This document shows positions 8,911-17,479 of a stretch of DNA of 64,000 nucleotides, piece by piece. Positions within the stretch are counted from its first letter, which is position 1. The number at the start of each line of letters is the position of its first letter. The stretch comes from a virus (taxonomy: Duplodnaviria > Heunggongvirae > Uroviricota > Caudoviricetes). Position numbers and translations under genes: made by a program. The stretch lies in IMG/VR virus record IMGVR_UViG_3300029914_000004; one strand, given 5' to 3'. Below the pieces are notes generated by a model, which saw nothing but the letters and a program-made list of their open reading frames with translations, searched no databases and was not told the origin of the DNA.

Positions 8911-9183
8911 ATGCATGATTTTACTGAAAGACTCAATGAATTGGCAACAATAGTAGTGGCTCGGAATAGCCCTACTATAACCGAAAAACGATGTAAGAGA
9001 ATATTTAAAATATTTCCAGTTCCATTGAAAAAGTTGTCAAATAATTATTTTGAAGGCTATCACAATTCCCATTGGTTTTCTACTGTATATATTTTTCAAG
9101 AAAAATTTTCAACTGGTAGAGGCTGGTACACAATGGCAGTTTTGGACAAAGATAGAGCAATTGAATATTTGCTGGAACGATAG
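8911..9183 (+). CDS. hypothetical protein
   Basis: 90-aa ORF. Confidence 0.4.
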   Translation: MHDFTERLNELATIVVARNSPTITEKRCKRIFKIFPVPLKKLSNNYFEGYHNSHWFSTVYIFQEKFSTGRGWYTMAVLDKDRAIEYLLER

Positions 9184-9192
9184 GAGAAACCA

Positions 9193-9813
9193 ATGAAGCA
9201 AGATTTTGAAAAGATCAGAATTGCGATACGACATTGGCAACTTGGTCGTAATTATTTTACTGCTGTTCGTGCAATGAATTTTGCTCAAAGCAAACATGTT
9301 GGATTGCGTAAAGATAAGATCACGCCAGAATTTCAACATCAAGTATCTCAGACAAACTTTGCCAGAACTTTGATCAATTCATATATGTTTCCAGAAGAAA
9401 CTCTAGCAACAATCTGGCTGCACGATGTAGTGGAAGATTGCGGCGTTACTATTTCAGAAATAGAAAAAATGTTTGGGGCGCGTATTGCTTTCAGCGTTGA
9501 ATTAATGACCAATCAAGTTTCTGGAGTAAAGAAACCATTAGATAAATATTATTCTGCGATGATTGCTGATCCTATTGCAAGTTTAGCGAAGGGAATTGAT
9601 CGTATGCACAATCACCAATCAATGAATGGAGTTTTCAGTATTACAAAACAAAAGTCATACATTGAAGAATCTGAAACTTACATTTTTCCTATGCTCAAAG
9701 CTGCTCGTAAGACTTTTCCAGAACAGGAAAGTGCATATCAAAACATTCGTCATATCCTGCAAATTCAAATTGAACTTGTAAGAGCAATGATTGAAAACTC
9801 AGAAAGGGCATAA
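9193..9813 (+). CDS. HD-domain (p)ppGpp hydrolase-like protein (SpoT/Mesh1-type small alarmone hydrolase)
   Basis: TIWLHDVVEDCGVTISEIEKMFGARIAFSVELMT resembles the RelA/SpoT HD block LHDVIEDT...FG..VA.LV. Confidence 0.55.
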   Translation: MKQDFEKIRIAIRHWQLGRNYFTAVRAMNFAQSKHVGLRKDKITPEFQHQVSQTNFARTLINSYMFPEETLATIWLHDVVEDCGVTISEIEKMFGARIAFSVELMTNQVSGVKKPLDKYYSAMIADPIASLAKGIDRMHNHQSMNGVFSITKQKSYIEESETYIFPMLKAARKTFPEQESAYQNIRHILQIQIELVRAMIENSERA

Positions 9814-10142
9814 TGAAAAATTTAGGTAAATTCGCATTTCCATATTTCGGAGACTTTTTTCTTCTATTGAAATTTGGATCAGTAGTAGCTATATCGTGGT
9901 GGTGGCTAGTCCCGTTATTTATTCTAGATCAAATTATGGGATCGATTATTATCAAACAAACAGAATCATATTTTAGACTTGCATTTCCATTTTTCTCTGT
10001 AATATTTTTGGTGTTGAATTTAACTGCAACTATTTCTGTGCCGTATTGGTGGCTTATTTGGTTTTTTGCTACTGATTTAACGAGTGTTGGCATTGGGTAT
10101 ATAACTAAAAAAAATAAGAAAGATGCATTGAAAACTGCATGA
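9813..10142 (+). CDS. membrane protein
   Basis: 109 aa with three hydrophobic helices, W-rich. Confidence 0.45.
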   Translation: MKNLGKFAFPYFGDFFLLLKFGSVVAISWWWLVPLFILDQIMGSIIIKQTESYFRLAFPFFSVIFLVLNLTATISVPYWWLIWFFATDLTSVGIGYITKKNKKDALKTA

Positions 10143-10396
10143 CTAGCACTCCACAACAAAGACTTGAAAAATCCAAAAAGTTGCTTTCGATATTAATCGG
10201 AGACAATAAAGAATACCTGTTCAGACGAAGACCAAGAACTCTTCCTTCTGGCATGAATTTTACTAACCATGAATGGCTTGCTATTAATATGGCTCGTACA
10301 GCTACAAACAATATATCAATTAAAACCATATTTGACTTAGAAGAAATGGTCGAAAAATATAAAAATCCTTTACTTATGGTAAAGTTGGAGAGTTAA
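10139..10396 (+). CDS. hypothetical protein
   Basis: 85-aa ORF; ATGA overlap. Confidence 0.4.
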   Translation: MTSTPQQRLEKSKKLLSILIGDNKEYLFRRRPRTLPSGMNFTNHEWLAINMARTATNNISIKTIFDLEEMVEKYKNPLLMVKLES

Positions 10397-10538
10397 ATTG
10401 GGCAATTTTTTCTATTTTTTATTTATCGTTACTTTTATGACTTGGGAATTAATCAAAGAATGTATTTGCCATCCCATCAAAACATTATATACATTAATAG
10501 TTCATGGCTTTGGAAAATTAAATTAAAGGAGAATTAAA

Positions 10539-10877
10539 TTGAAAATTAGAGATGGTTTTGTATCAAATTCAAGTTCAACAAGTTTTTCGATTTATGGTAT
10601 TAACATCGACGGATCAAAATTGCGCAGTCTATTATGCGGTGGACCAGAAGAAGATTTTCCAGATGACGATGGAATTTATGAACTTCTTGAAAATTTAGAA
10701 GGATTAAATACCTATCATGATTATGAAAGCGGCGGCGCATATATTGGTCTTCCTTGGGATTCAATTAAAGATAATGAAACTGGAAAAGAATTCAAAAATA
10801 GAGTTCATGATCTTATAAGAGAACAACTGCACGAAGATTTGACTTGTAGCACAATCAGCGAAACAATTAGCTCATAA
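10539..10877 (+). CDS. KIRxGFVSNSSSxSF-family small protein (paralog 1)
   Basis: TTG start; N-terminus MKIRDGFVSNSSSTSFSIYG; shares YIGLPWD..DNET..EFK.RV..LI with paralog 2. Confidence 0.5.
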   Translation: MKIRDGFVSNSSSTSFSIYGINIDGSKLRSLLCGGPEEDFPDDDGIYELLENLEGLNTYHDYESGGAYIGLPWDSIKDNETGKEFKNRVHDLIREQLHEDLTCSTISETISS

Positions 10878-10887
10878 AGGAAGAATA

Positions 10888-11997
10888 ATGAATCGCATTA
10901 AAAAAATTTCGTTTCCCGATTACAATCGCATTTTTGACCGCAAAACTGGTTTAACAATTGAATATGGAAAAACCATTGATGAAGACCCACCAATGTCTCC
11001 TGATGGCCCATCTATTGCTGATATTGAAATTTCTACTATTTGTAATGGATTTTCTCCTGATGGTGATATTACAAAAAGCAAACCTTGTGCTTGGTGTTAT
11101 AAAACAAACACAGCAAAAGGCACAAATATGTCATTGAATGAATTCAAACATATTTTGAAATTACTTGGGAATGTAGACCAAGTAGCATTGGGGTTAGGTG
11201 ATATTGAAAGTAACCCAGATATATGGAATATGTTATCCTATAGTCGTTCATTGGGAATAATTCCGAATTTGACAGTTAATGGTATGGGAATTACTCCAGA
11301 AATTGCAGATAAGTTAGCAAAGTTTTGTGGGGCTGTGGCGTGTTCTCATTATTCTGACAAAATTTGTTTTAATACTGTAAAAGCACTAACTGATGCTGGG
11401 TTAACTCAGGTGAATATTCACGCCCTTCTATCCAAAGAGACACTATCAAAATGTTTTGATTTGATTGATAAAGTATTCGAGTCAAAAAATGGTGGGGAAG
11501 ATAAAAGTCTCTCTGGATTAAAAGCAATTGTTTTTCTATTGCTCAAACCGAAAGGAGCTAGAAATAAATTTCATCCAGTGGAAAAATTAGAAGATTATAA
11601 AAAATTAATGGATTATGCCAGAGAGAAAAATGTTGCAATTGGAATGGATTCATGCTCTGCTCCAATGGCGTTGAAAACATTGCCATCTGAGTGCATTCCC
11701 TCCATTATTTGTTGTGAGTCAACATACACTTCAATTTATATTGACGTGAATTCTGAAGTATTTCCGTGTAGTTTTGCTGCTGGAACCCCAGGTTGGGAAA
11801 CTGGTATCGATATGAAAAATATCAATAATTTTTTAAATGATGTATGGTTTCATACCAAAATGATAAAATGGAGAGATGGATTAATAAAATCATCCAGTGA
11901 TTGCTCAAATTGTTCAACTCAAAAACATTGCAGAAGTTGCCAGATTTATGATGTGACTATTTGCAAAACAAAATTAGTTAATTTGGAGGTATTATAA
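10888..11997 (+). CDS. radical-SAM-like enzyme (CX14CX2C variant) with a C-terminal Cys-rich SPASM/twitch-like region
   Basis: IEISTIC-x14-CAWC; possible degenerate GGEP-like motif GLGDIESNP; C-terminal CSFAAG...CSNCSTQKHCRSCQIYDVTIC cluster. Confidence 0.45.
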   Translation: MNRIKKISFPDYNRIFDRKTGLTIEYGKTIDEDPPMSPDGPSIADIEISTICNGFSPDGDITKSKPCAWCYKTNTAKGTNMSLNEFKHILKLLGNVDQVALGLGDIESNPDIWNMLSYSRSLGIIPNLTVNGMGITPEIADKLAKFCGAVACSHYSDKICFNTVKALTDAGLTQVNIHALLSKETLSKCFDLIDKVFESKNGGEDKSLSGLKAIVFLLLKPKGARNKFHPVEKLEDYKKLMDYAREKNVAIGMDSCSAPMALKTLPSECIPSIICCESTYTSIYIDVNSEVFPCSFAAGTPGWETGIDMKNINNFLNDVWFHTKMIKWRDGLIKSSSDCSNCSTQKHCRSCQIYDVTICKTKLVNLEVL

Positions 11998-12300
11998 ATG
12001 AAAATTCGGAGCAGCTTCGTAAGCAATTCAAGTTCATCGAGTTTTTTAATCTATGGAACTTTTATTGAAGATTATAAATTTGATGAGTTAAATGTAAAAG
12101 AGAGTGATCTGAAAAAATCCGGTCTTGAAGTAATTTCGACTCCTGGGGACGATGATAAATATATTGGGCTATCGTGGGATGCCACAGAAGATAACGAAAC
12201 GAGGTTGGAATTTAAAGATAGAGTTAAAAATCTTATTATATCTTCTTTAGGAAAAGATATGCCATTGGCTACTTACAGCGAAGCGTGGTACGATGGTTAA
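11998..12300 (+). CDS. KIRxGFVSNSSSxSF-family small protein (paralog 2)
   Basis: MKIRSSFVSNSSSSSFLIYG...YIGLSWDATEDNETRLEFKDRV. Confidence 0.5.
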   Translation: MKIRSSFVSNSSSSSFLIYGTFIEDYKFDELNVKESDLKKSGLEVISTPGDDDKYIGLSWDATEDNETRLEFKDRVKNLIISSLGKDMPLATYSEAWYDG

Positions 12301-12311
12301 AGGAGATAATT

Positions 12312-12599
12312 ATGGCAAAAATACGCAAAGGCTTTGTAAGCAACAGTAGTTCAAGTTCATTCATTATAAAAACACAAAATTTAACTTGTGAGCAAGCAAA
12401 TATGATTTTAAATCATATGGATTATGCAGAAGAACTGGGACTCAAAGATGAATATGTTAATGACTATGATGAATGGCACATCTCTTTTATAGGAGAGTCT
12501 ATTACAGGATATACGTCTATGGATAATTTTAATATGCACGAATTTTTAATTAAAATTGGAGTATCTCCAAACAATATTGAAATGGAGTATAATGGCTAA
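12312..12599 (+). CDS. KIRxGFVSNSSSxSF-family small protein (paralog 3, N-terminal motif only)
   Basis: RBS AGGAGATAATTATG; MAKIRKGFVSNSSSSSFII; in the frame of ORF 12285..12599. Confidence 0.45.
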   Translation: MAKIRKGFVSNSSSSSFIIKTQNLTCEQANMILNHMDYAEELGLKDEYVNDYDEWHISFIGESITGYTSMDNFNMHEFLIKIGVSPNNIEMEYNG

Positions 12600-13656
12600 A
12601 ATTATTAATGATTTAAAACTTAACTTTGATGATGTATTAATTGTGCCGAAATCAAGTTCTTTAGATTCTAGAAAAGACGTAAATTTAAATGTAAATTTTA
12701 AATTTCCTCATTCCAAAGCAACTTGGAGTGGAATTCCCATAATTGCTTCAAATATGACGACTGTTGCAAGTTTTGAAATGGCAAATGCTTTGGCAAAGCA
12801 TAATATTATGACAGCAATTCACAAGTATTATTCTATTGAAGAGCTTAAAAACTTTTTTAATACTAAAATTGCTTGTGACTACGCTTGGTATACATTGGGA
12901 ACCAGCAAAGATGAGTGGGAAAAACTTAAAAAAGTAAATACAAATAAGCTAAGTATAGACAAAATTTGTATCGATGTTGCAAATGGATATCGAGATTCAT
13001 TTGTTGATGCTGTTAAAAAACTTCGTGATGAATATCCATTTGTAACTATTATGGCAGGAAATGTTGTTACTCCTGAGCAGACTGCTGTACTAATTAATGC
13101 AGGAGCAGACATTATTAAAGTAGGGATTGGCGGGGGATCAGGCTGTCTTTCAAGAGTCAAAACAGGAATTGGTTACGGGCAAATTAGCGCAATTTTAGAA
13201 TGTTCAGAAGCTGCGTATGAACTGGATGCATTTATTTGTAGTGATGGTGGATGCAGAAATCCCGGAGATGTTTGCAAAGCATTTGGGGCAATGTATGGTA
13301 AAAATTTTGTAATGCTTGGTTCAATGCTTGCTGGTCATGATGAAACTCAAGCAAAAAAATTTATCAAAGATGGCAAGGAATTTGTAGAATTTTACGGTAT
13401 GAGCAGCGAAAAAGCAATGAGAGAACACAATAATGGAATGGCAGAATATCGAACAAGCGAAGGACGGCATATTTTACTTCCTGCTCGTGGCCCAGTAGAA
13501 AATACCATTTTGGACTGTCTCGGTGGAATTCGCAGTTGTTGCACGTATACAAACACAAAAAATTTGTCTCATCTATCTGAAAACACTACTTTTATACGAG
13601 TGAATGAGACTCACAATAAAATCTATGAAAAACTTGACTTGAACAATCAAATATGA
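12592..13656 (+). CDS. guaC: GMP reductase (GuaC; IMPDH/GMPR family)
   Basis: Near-collinear with E. coli GuaC: VPKSS..SR.DV, IPIIASNMTTV, CIDVANGY, GNVVT, IKVGIGGGSGC..RVKTG.GY.Q, SDGGC..PGDV.KAFG, MLG.MLAGH.E, FYGMSSE.AM, RGPVENT. Confidence 0.85.
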   Translation: MAKIINDLKLNFDDVLIVPKSSSLDSRKDVNLNVNFKFPHSKATWSGIPIIASNMTTVASFEMANALAKHNIMTAIHKYYSIEELKNFFNTKIACDYAWYTLGTSKDEWEKLKKVNTNKLSIDKICIDVANGYRDSFVDAVKKLRDEYPFVTIMAGNVVTPEQTAVLINAGADIIKVGIGGGSGCLSRVKTGIGYGQISAILECSEAAYELDAFICSDGGCRNPGDVCKAFGAMYGKNFVMLGSMLAGHDETQAKKFIKDGKEFVEFYGMSSEKAMREHNNGMAEYRTSEGRHILLPARGPVENTILDCLGGIRSCCTYTNTKNLSHLSENTTFIRVNETHNKIYEKLDLNNQI

Positions 13657-13682
13657 TATAATTAATACAGATTGGAGCAAAA

Positions 13683-13961
13683 ATGATTGAAAAAGCAGTC
13701 AGTCTGCACAATGATATTGGCAACCACGATAAAGTTTATTACATTCAAATCGTGTCGGCTGAAAATAATAAGTTTACTGTATGTTTTCAATATGGCAGAC
13801 GCGGAAAGCATTTGACATATGGCACAAAAACTGACATCCCAGTATCTCTTTGGGAAGCTGAACGACTTTTTAGTGACAAATTAAATCATGAACTGAAAAA
13901 GGGATATCACGTTATTCCAAATCCTGTCGATCTGCTGACAATTATTGGATTTTCATACTAA
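13683..13961 (+). CDS. WGR-domain protein
   Basis: 92 aa; DKVYYIQIV...FQYGRRGKHLTYGT resembles the WGR core (W-G-R-x-G). Confidence 0.4.
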   Translation: MIEKAVSLHNDIGNHDKVYYIQIVSAENNKFTVCFQYGRRGKHLTYGTKTDIPVSLWEAERLFSDKLNHELKKGYHVIPNPVDLLTIIGFSY

Positions 13962-14043
13962 AATATGTTGAAAATCCAATTAGAACTTTAAAAATTACGT
14001 TACAAAATATTTCCTTAACCAAAATAAAGATGAGGACAACTGA

Positions 14044-14778
14044 ATGAATATTACATGGCATACTGAGCAAAAATCACGACCATATCAAGAGGATAGATTT
14101 TTTGTCCAGAAGCTGACTTCTGGAGAAACCATTCTTGGAGTATTTGATGGTCATGGTGATTCTTGGACTTCTGAGTATGCTGCAAAACATACCCCATATA
14201 TTTTTCGGGCATTATTGAAGAATAATCCTTATTCTTATTATTTAACAATGGAAAAAGTAATTAATAGACTTGATAAAAAAACACAAAATCATTATTGCGG
14301 AAGCACTGCATCATTGGTTTTGATCGACAAAGATCAAAAATTTGCATACGTTGCCATTCTTGGCGATAGCCCTGTGATTATTAAAGATGCAGAAGAAAAT
14401 ATTTGGATTGCTCCAGAGCACAATGTTCGATCAAATAAAGCAGAAGCTGATGCTGCTATAAAAGATGGCAAAGCATTTATTTCTGATGGATATTTATTTG
14501 ATCGAAGCAAAGGTCGTGATAGCACCGGCTTACAAATGTCCAGAGCATTAGGGGACAGAAGTTTAGATAATATCTTAAATCGAACTCCAGAAGTTTTTGA
14601 AATCGAATTAAATAAAAATAGCTGGATTTTATGTGCATCTGATGGCTTAACTGATCCTGGCCATTCTTCATCTAATTTTGATAATATCATTGCAAAAATT
14701 TCAACCGCAACTGCTAGAAGCTTAACTAAAGAAGCCGGAATTTATGACAATGCAACAGCTATTTTAGTAAAACTGTAA
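14044..14778 (+). CDS. PP2C-family (PPM) Ser/Thr protein phosphatase
   Basis: GVFDGHGD (motif 1), ILGDSPVII, CASDGLTD (metal-binding Asp motifs). Confidence 0.7.
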   Translation: MNITWHTEQKSRPYQEDRFFVQKLTSGETILGVFDGHGDSWTSEYAAKHTPYIFRALLKNNPYSYYLTMEKVINRLDKKTQNHYCGSTASLVLIDKDQKFAYVAILGDSPVIIKDAEENIWIAPEHNVRSNKAEADAAIKDGKAFISDGYLFDRSKGRDSTGLQMSRALGDRSLDNILNRTPEVFEIELNKNSWILCASDGLTDPGHSSSNFDNIIAKISTATARSLTKEAGIYDNATAILVKL

Positions 14779-15016
14779 AATTTTTACTTTACGATAAATA
14801 AGTATAGATTCAATTTATTTCATAAGCGAGAATTAGCAAGAATGTTACTTTCAATTTTGAAACATTTACCAATATCTATTTTTATAAGTATATCACTATT
14901 ATGCCAGAATACTTTGATTTTCAGTATATTGGTATTTTTATTAATTTGTTTATGTAGTATGTGGTTTTTCTTAGCGTATAAGTTTATTAAATTTCCTTTA
15001 TTCAAAGCGACTATGT

Positions 15017-16294
15017 ATGAAAAATACTAATCTAGATATTAAATGTATTTTCTGTGGCAAAACTAGGGCCGAAAGTTCCAAAATTCTCGTGAGTGGAGAA
15101 TTTTCAATTTGTGATAAATGTGTGTTACTTTTCAATGGTCTTTTAGAAAATAGTAAACCTTCAGAAAAAAAAGCTAAAGAGAAAGAAATTAAGCAAGAAT
15201 CTGAATTAATATCTGAGGAAATTATTCCTCAATTAAATTCCATTGAAATTAAAAAATTTCTTGATAAGAATGTTATTGGGCAAGAAGAAGCAAAAATTGC
15301 ATTGAGCGTTAGTATAGTAAATCACTATAAAAGAATGCTATATGAAACAACTAATTATACACAATTAGACAAAAGTAATTTAATTATCACTGGACCGAGC
15401 GGAAGTGGAAAATCTCTTCTCATTAAAACAATTTCTAAATTTTTAAATGTTCCCTTCGTATCAATAGATGCTACTACATTGACCGAAGCTGGTTATATTG
15501 GAGAAAATGTAGACACTATCATTTCTCGGCTTCTTGCTAATGCAGATGGTGATATTGAAGCTGCTCAACAAGGAATTGTTTTTATTGATGAAATAGATAA
15601 AATTGCCACTGGAAAAACTAGAAGTAGCACAAGCGACAAACATGTATCTGGAGTTCAAGCTGCATTATTAAAAATGGTAGAAGGATCTATTGTAAGAATT
15701 CCATCGCCTTCAATTAAAAAATCATTTATTCCCCAATTAGTCGAAGTTGATACAACAAATATATTGTTCATTTGCGGCGGGGCATTTGAGGGATTAAATG
15801 AAATAGTTATTAATAGATTGAAAAAGAAATCAGGAATGGGGTTTACTGATGCTCCTATAAATAATAAAACTTTAGAAACAGAATATTCTACAGAAGATTT
15901 TATTGAATATGGAATAATTCCTGAATTTATTGGAAGATTTCCATTACATACATATACTACTGCATTGAGTACTGAAGAATTAATTAAAGTTTTAACAGAT
16001 TTAGACAATAATATGCTTTTTCAATATAAATTTTATTTTGAAATTGATGATATTGATATAGAATTTACTGATGAATTTATTGCCAAATTAGCCGCAAAAG
16101 CAAAAATGAATAAAACTGGAGTTCGTGGCCTTAAAGGATTGTGTGATTCAATAATGTCAGATCATTTATTTTTACTTCCTGAATATAAAAAACGTGGAAT
16201 TTTTAAATTAATATTTGACGAAAGTTGTATAGATAAAAAATCTATACCCAAATTTGAATTCACTACATTCAAAGAAAAAGTAAAAACTTCTTGA
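15017..16294 (+). CDS. clpX: ClpX-like AAA+ unfoldase
   Basis: N-terminal C4 zinc-binding domain CIFCGK...ICDKCV; Walker A ITGPSGSGKSLL; Walker B VFIDEIDKI; ClpX-like region GYIGE.V; about 425 aa. Confidence 0.8.
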   Translation: MKNTNLDIKCIFCGKTRAESSKILVSGEFSICDKCVLLFNGLLENSKPSEKKAKEKEIKQESELISEEIIPQLNSIEIKKFLDKNVIGQEEAKIALSVSIVNHYKRMLYETTNYTQLDKSNLIITGPSGSGKSLLIKTISKFLNVPFVSIDATTLTEAGYIGENVDTIISRLLANADGDIEAAQQGIVFIDEIDKIATGKTRSSTSDKHVSGVQAALLKMVEGSIVRIPSPSIKKSFIPQLVEVDTTNILFICGGAFEGLNEIVINRLKKKSGMGFTDAPINNKTLETEYSTEDFIEYGIIPEFIGRFPLHTYTTALSTEELIKVLTDLDNNMLFQYKFYFEIDDIDIEFTDEFIAKLAAKAKMNKTGVRGLKGLCDSIMSDHLFLLPEYKKRGIFKLIFDESCIDKKSIPKFEFTTFKEKVKTS

Positions 16295-16354
16295 TAGAAA
16301 TATTTCAGATACGCTAATACCATAAACAATTAAAATAAACTGAAAGAGGATATA

Positions 16355-16657
16355 ATGACAGTAAATACTTTGAAAAAGGTAAAAATTAATATTGATGTAA
16401 AAGAACCAACTCTATATCAGGTAGTTTATTACAATGACGAAATCACTCCTGCTGTTTTTGTTGCAGAAACATTAATCCAAATTTTCAATTATGAAATTGA
16501 AGATGCTGTTGCATTAACTACAGTTATTAATGATTCTGGGTCAGGTATTGCTGTGAGCGGAATATCAAAAGAATTAGCCACTCATCTGAAGGACCTAGTG
16601 TTGGTATCTGCGCAAGTTGCAAAATACCCACTCAAAGTAGAAGTAAAAGCGAAATAA
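16355..16657 (+). CDS. clpS: ClpS-like Clp protease adaptor
   Basis: 100 aa; YQVVYYNDEITPAVFVAETLIQIFNYEIEDAVALTTVINDSGSGIAVSG fits the ClpS core pattern Y.V.L.NDD.TPMEFV..VL...F......A..LML.VH..G.G..G. Confidence 0.7.
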   Translation: MTVNTLKKVKINIDVKEPTLYQVVYYNDEITPAVFVAETLIQIFNYEIEDAVALTTVINDSGSGIAVSGISKELATHLKDLVLVSAQVAKYPLKVEVKAK

Positions 16658-16690
16658 AAATGGAGAGTTAAACTCTCCATTTTTATTTCT
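16653..16690. terminator. bidirectional rho-independent terminator
   Basis: GGAGAGTT-TA-AACTCTCC hairpin flanked by an A-run and a T-run, between convergent genes. Confidence 0.7.
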
Positions 16691-17003
16691 TTTTGGATGT
16701 AGTTTTTGCTTTTTTTGTTTTACTAATTACAGTATTGTTTGCAATAGCATTAATCGCGTCTTTTTCAATCTCTGCAACTGTTTCAACCACAATTTTTTTT
16801 ACTTTTGTCTTTGCAGCCGTGACCACTTCTTTCGCTGCTGGGGTCGCAATATCAATTAATTCCTGCTCTGCAACCAAAAAAACTTTTGTAGCAGAATTTT
16901 TTAAATCTGATTTTTCAGTTTCTTCTGATTCCTCGGACCTAATAAACTTAACAATTGCTCCTGCTACTACCAATAAAACCAAAATTATGATAACTGTATA
17001 CAT
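16683..17003 (-). CDS. small secreted or membrane-anchored protein
   Basis: 106 aa; N-terminal hydrophobic helix; A/K/T-rich. Confidence 0.45.
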   Translation of the reverse strand: MYTVIIILVLLVVAGAIVKFIRSEESEETEKSDLKNSATKVFLVAEQELIDIATPAAKEVVTAAKTKVKKIVVETVAEIEKDAINAIANNTVISKTKKAKTTSKKK

Positions 17004-17116
17004 TTTGCACCACCTTATAAAATAATTACAAATCTATTTATCTTTTTACTTGACATCATGCATCAAACTTGTTACTATTATATATATAGAAACATATATT
17101 AAAGGAGAATTAAATT

Positions 17117-17365
17117 ATGGCTTTTACAAATATTCAAGGAACACAGACTGCGTTTTTGCACAACTATCTTAGGGGTACAAATCGCACACTAACAGAGAAG
17201 CAAGCACTTAGTTTGTTCGGGATCAAAAATCTTCGTGCAAGATTGAGTGAACTTCGTCTTCTTGGTCTTCGAGTTCGCTCTGAAAAGACTCTTGATGGTC
17301 GTGCAAAGTATAGCGTGAGCCGTCGAGACGTTTACGGCAGTGAATTCAGCTTGGTTTCTAAGTAA
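17117..17365 (+). CDS. small basic protein, putative DNA-binding
   Basis: 82 aa, GC-richer than the surroundings, R/K-rich; RBS AAGGAG. Confidence 0.4.
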   Translation: MAFTNIQGTQTAFLHNYLRGTNRTLTEKQALSLFGIKNLRARLSELRLLGLRVRSEKTLDGRAKYSVSRRDVYGSEFSLVSK

Positions 17366-17383
17366 ATTTTTACTTCGATAATC

Positions 17384-17420
17384 ATAATGGCGGGCTAAAT
17401 TAGCCCGCCATTATATTGTT
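17384..17420 (+). terminator. rho-independent terminator
   Basis: ATAATGGCGGGC-TAAAT-TAGCCCGCCATTAT followed by T-rich sequence. Confidence 0.75.
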
Positions 17421-17444
17421 CAAAACAAAGCACTTATTTTCTTA

Positions 17445-17473
17445 TTGACAAATAAATTTATTTAGGATATTCT
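17445..17473 (+). promoter_or_regulatory. family promoter (TTGACA-N17-TATTCT, leaderless)
   Basis: CTTATTTTCTTATTGACAAATAAATTTATTTAGGATATTCTTTATATATG. Confidence 0.6.
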
Positions 17474-17479
17474 TTATAT

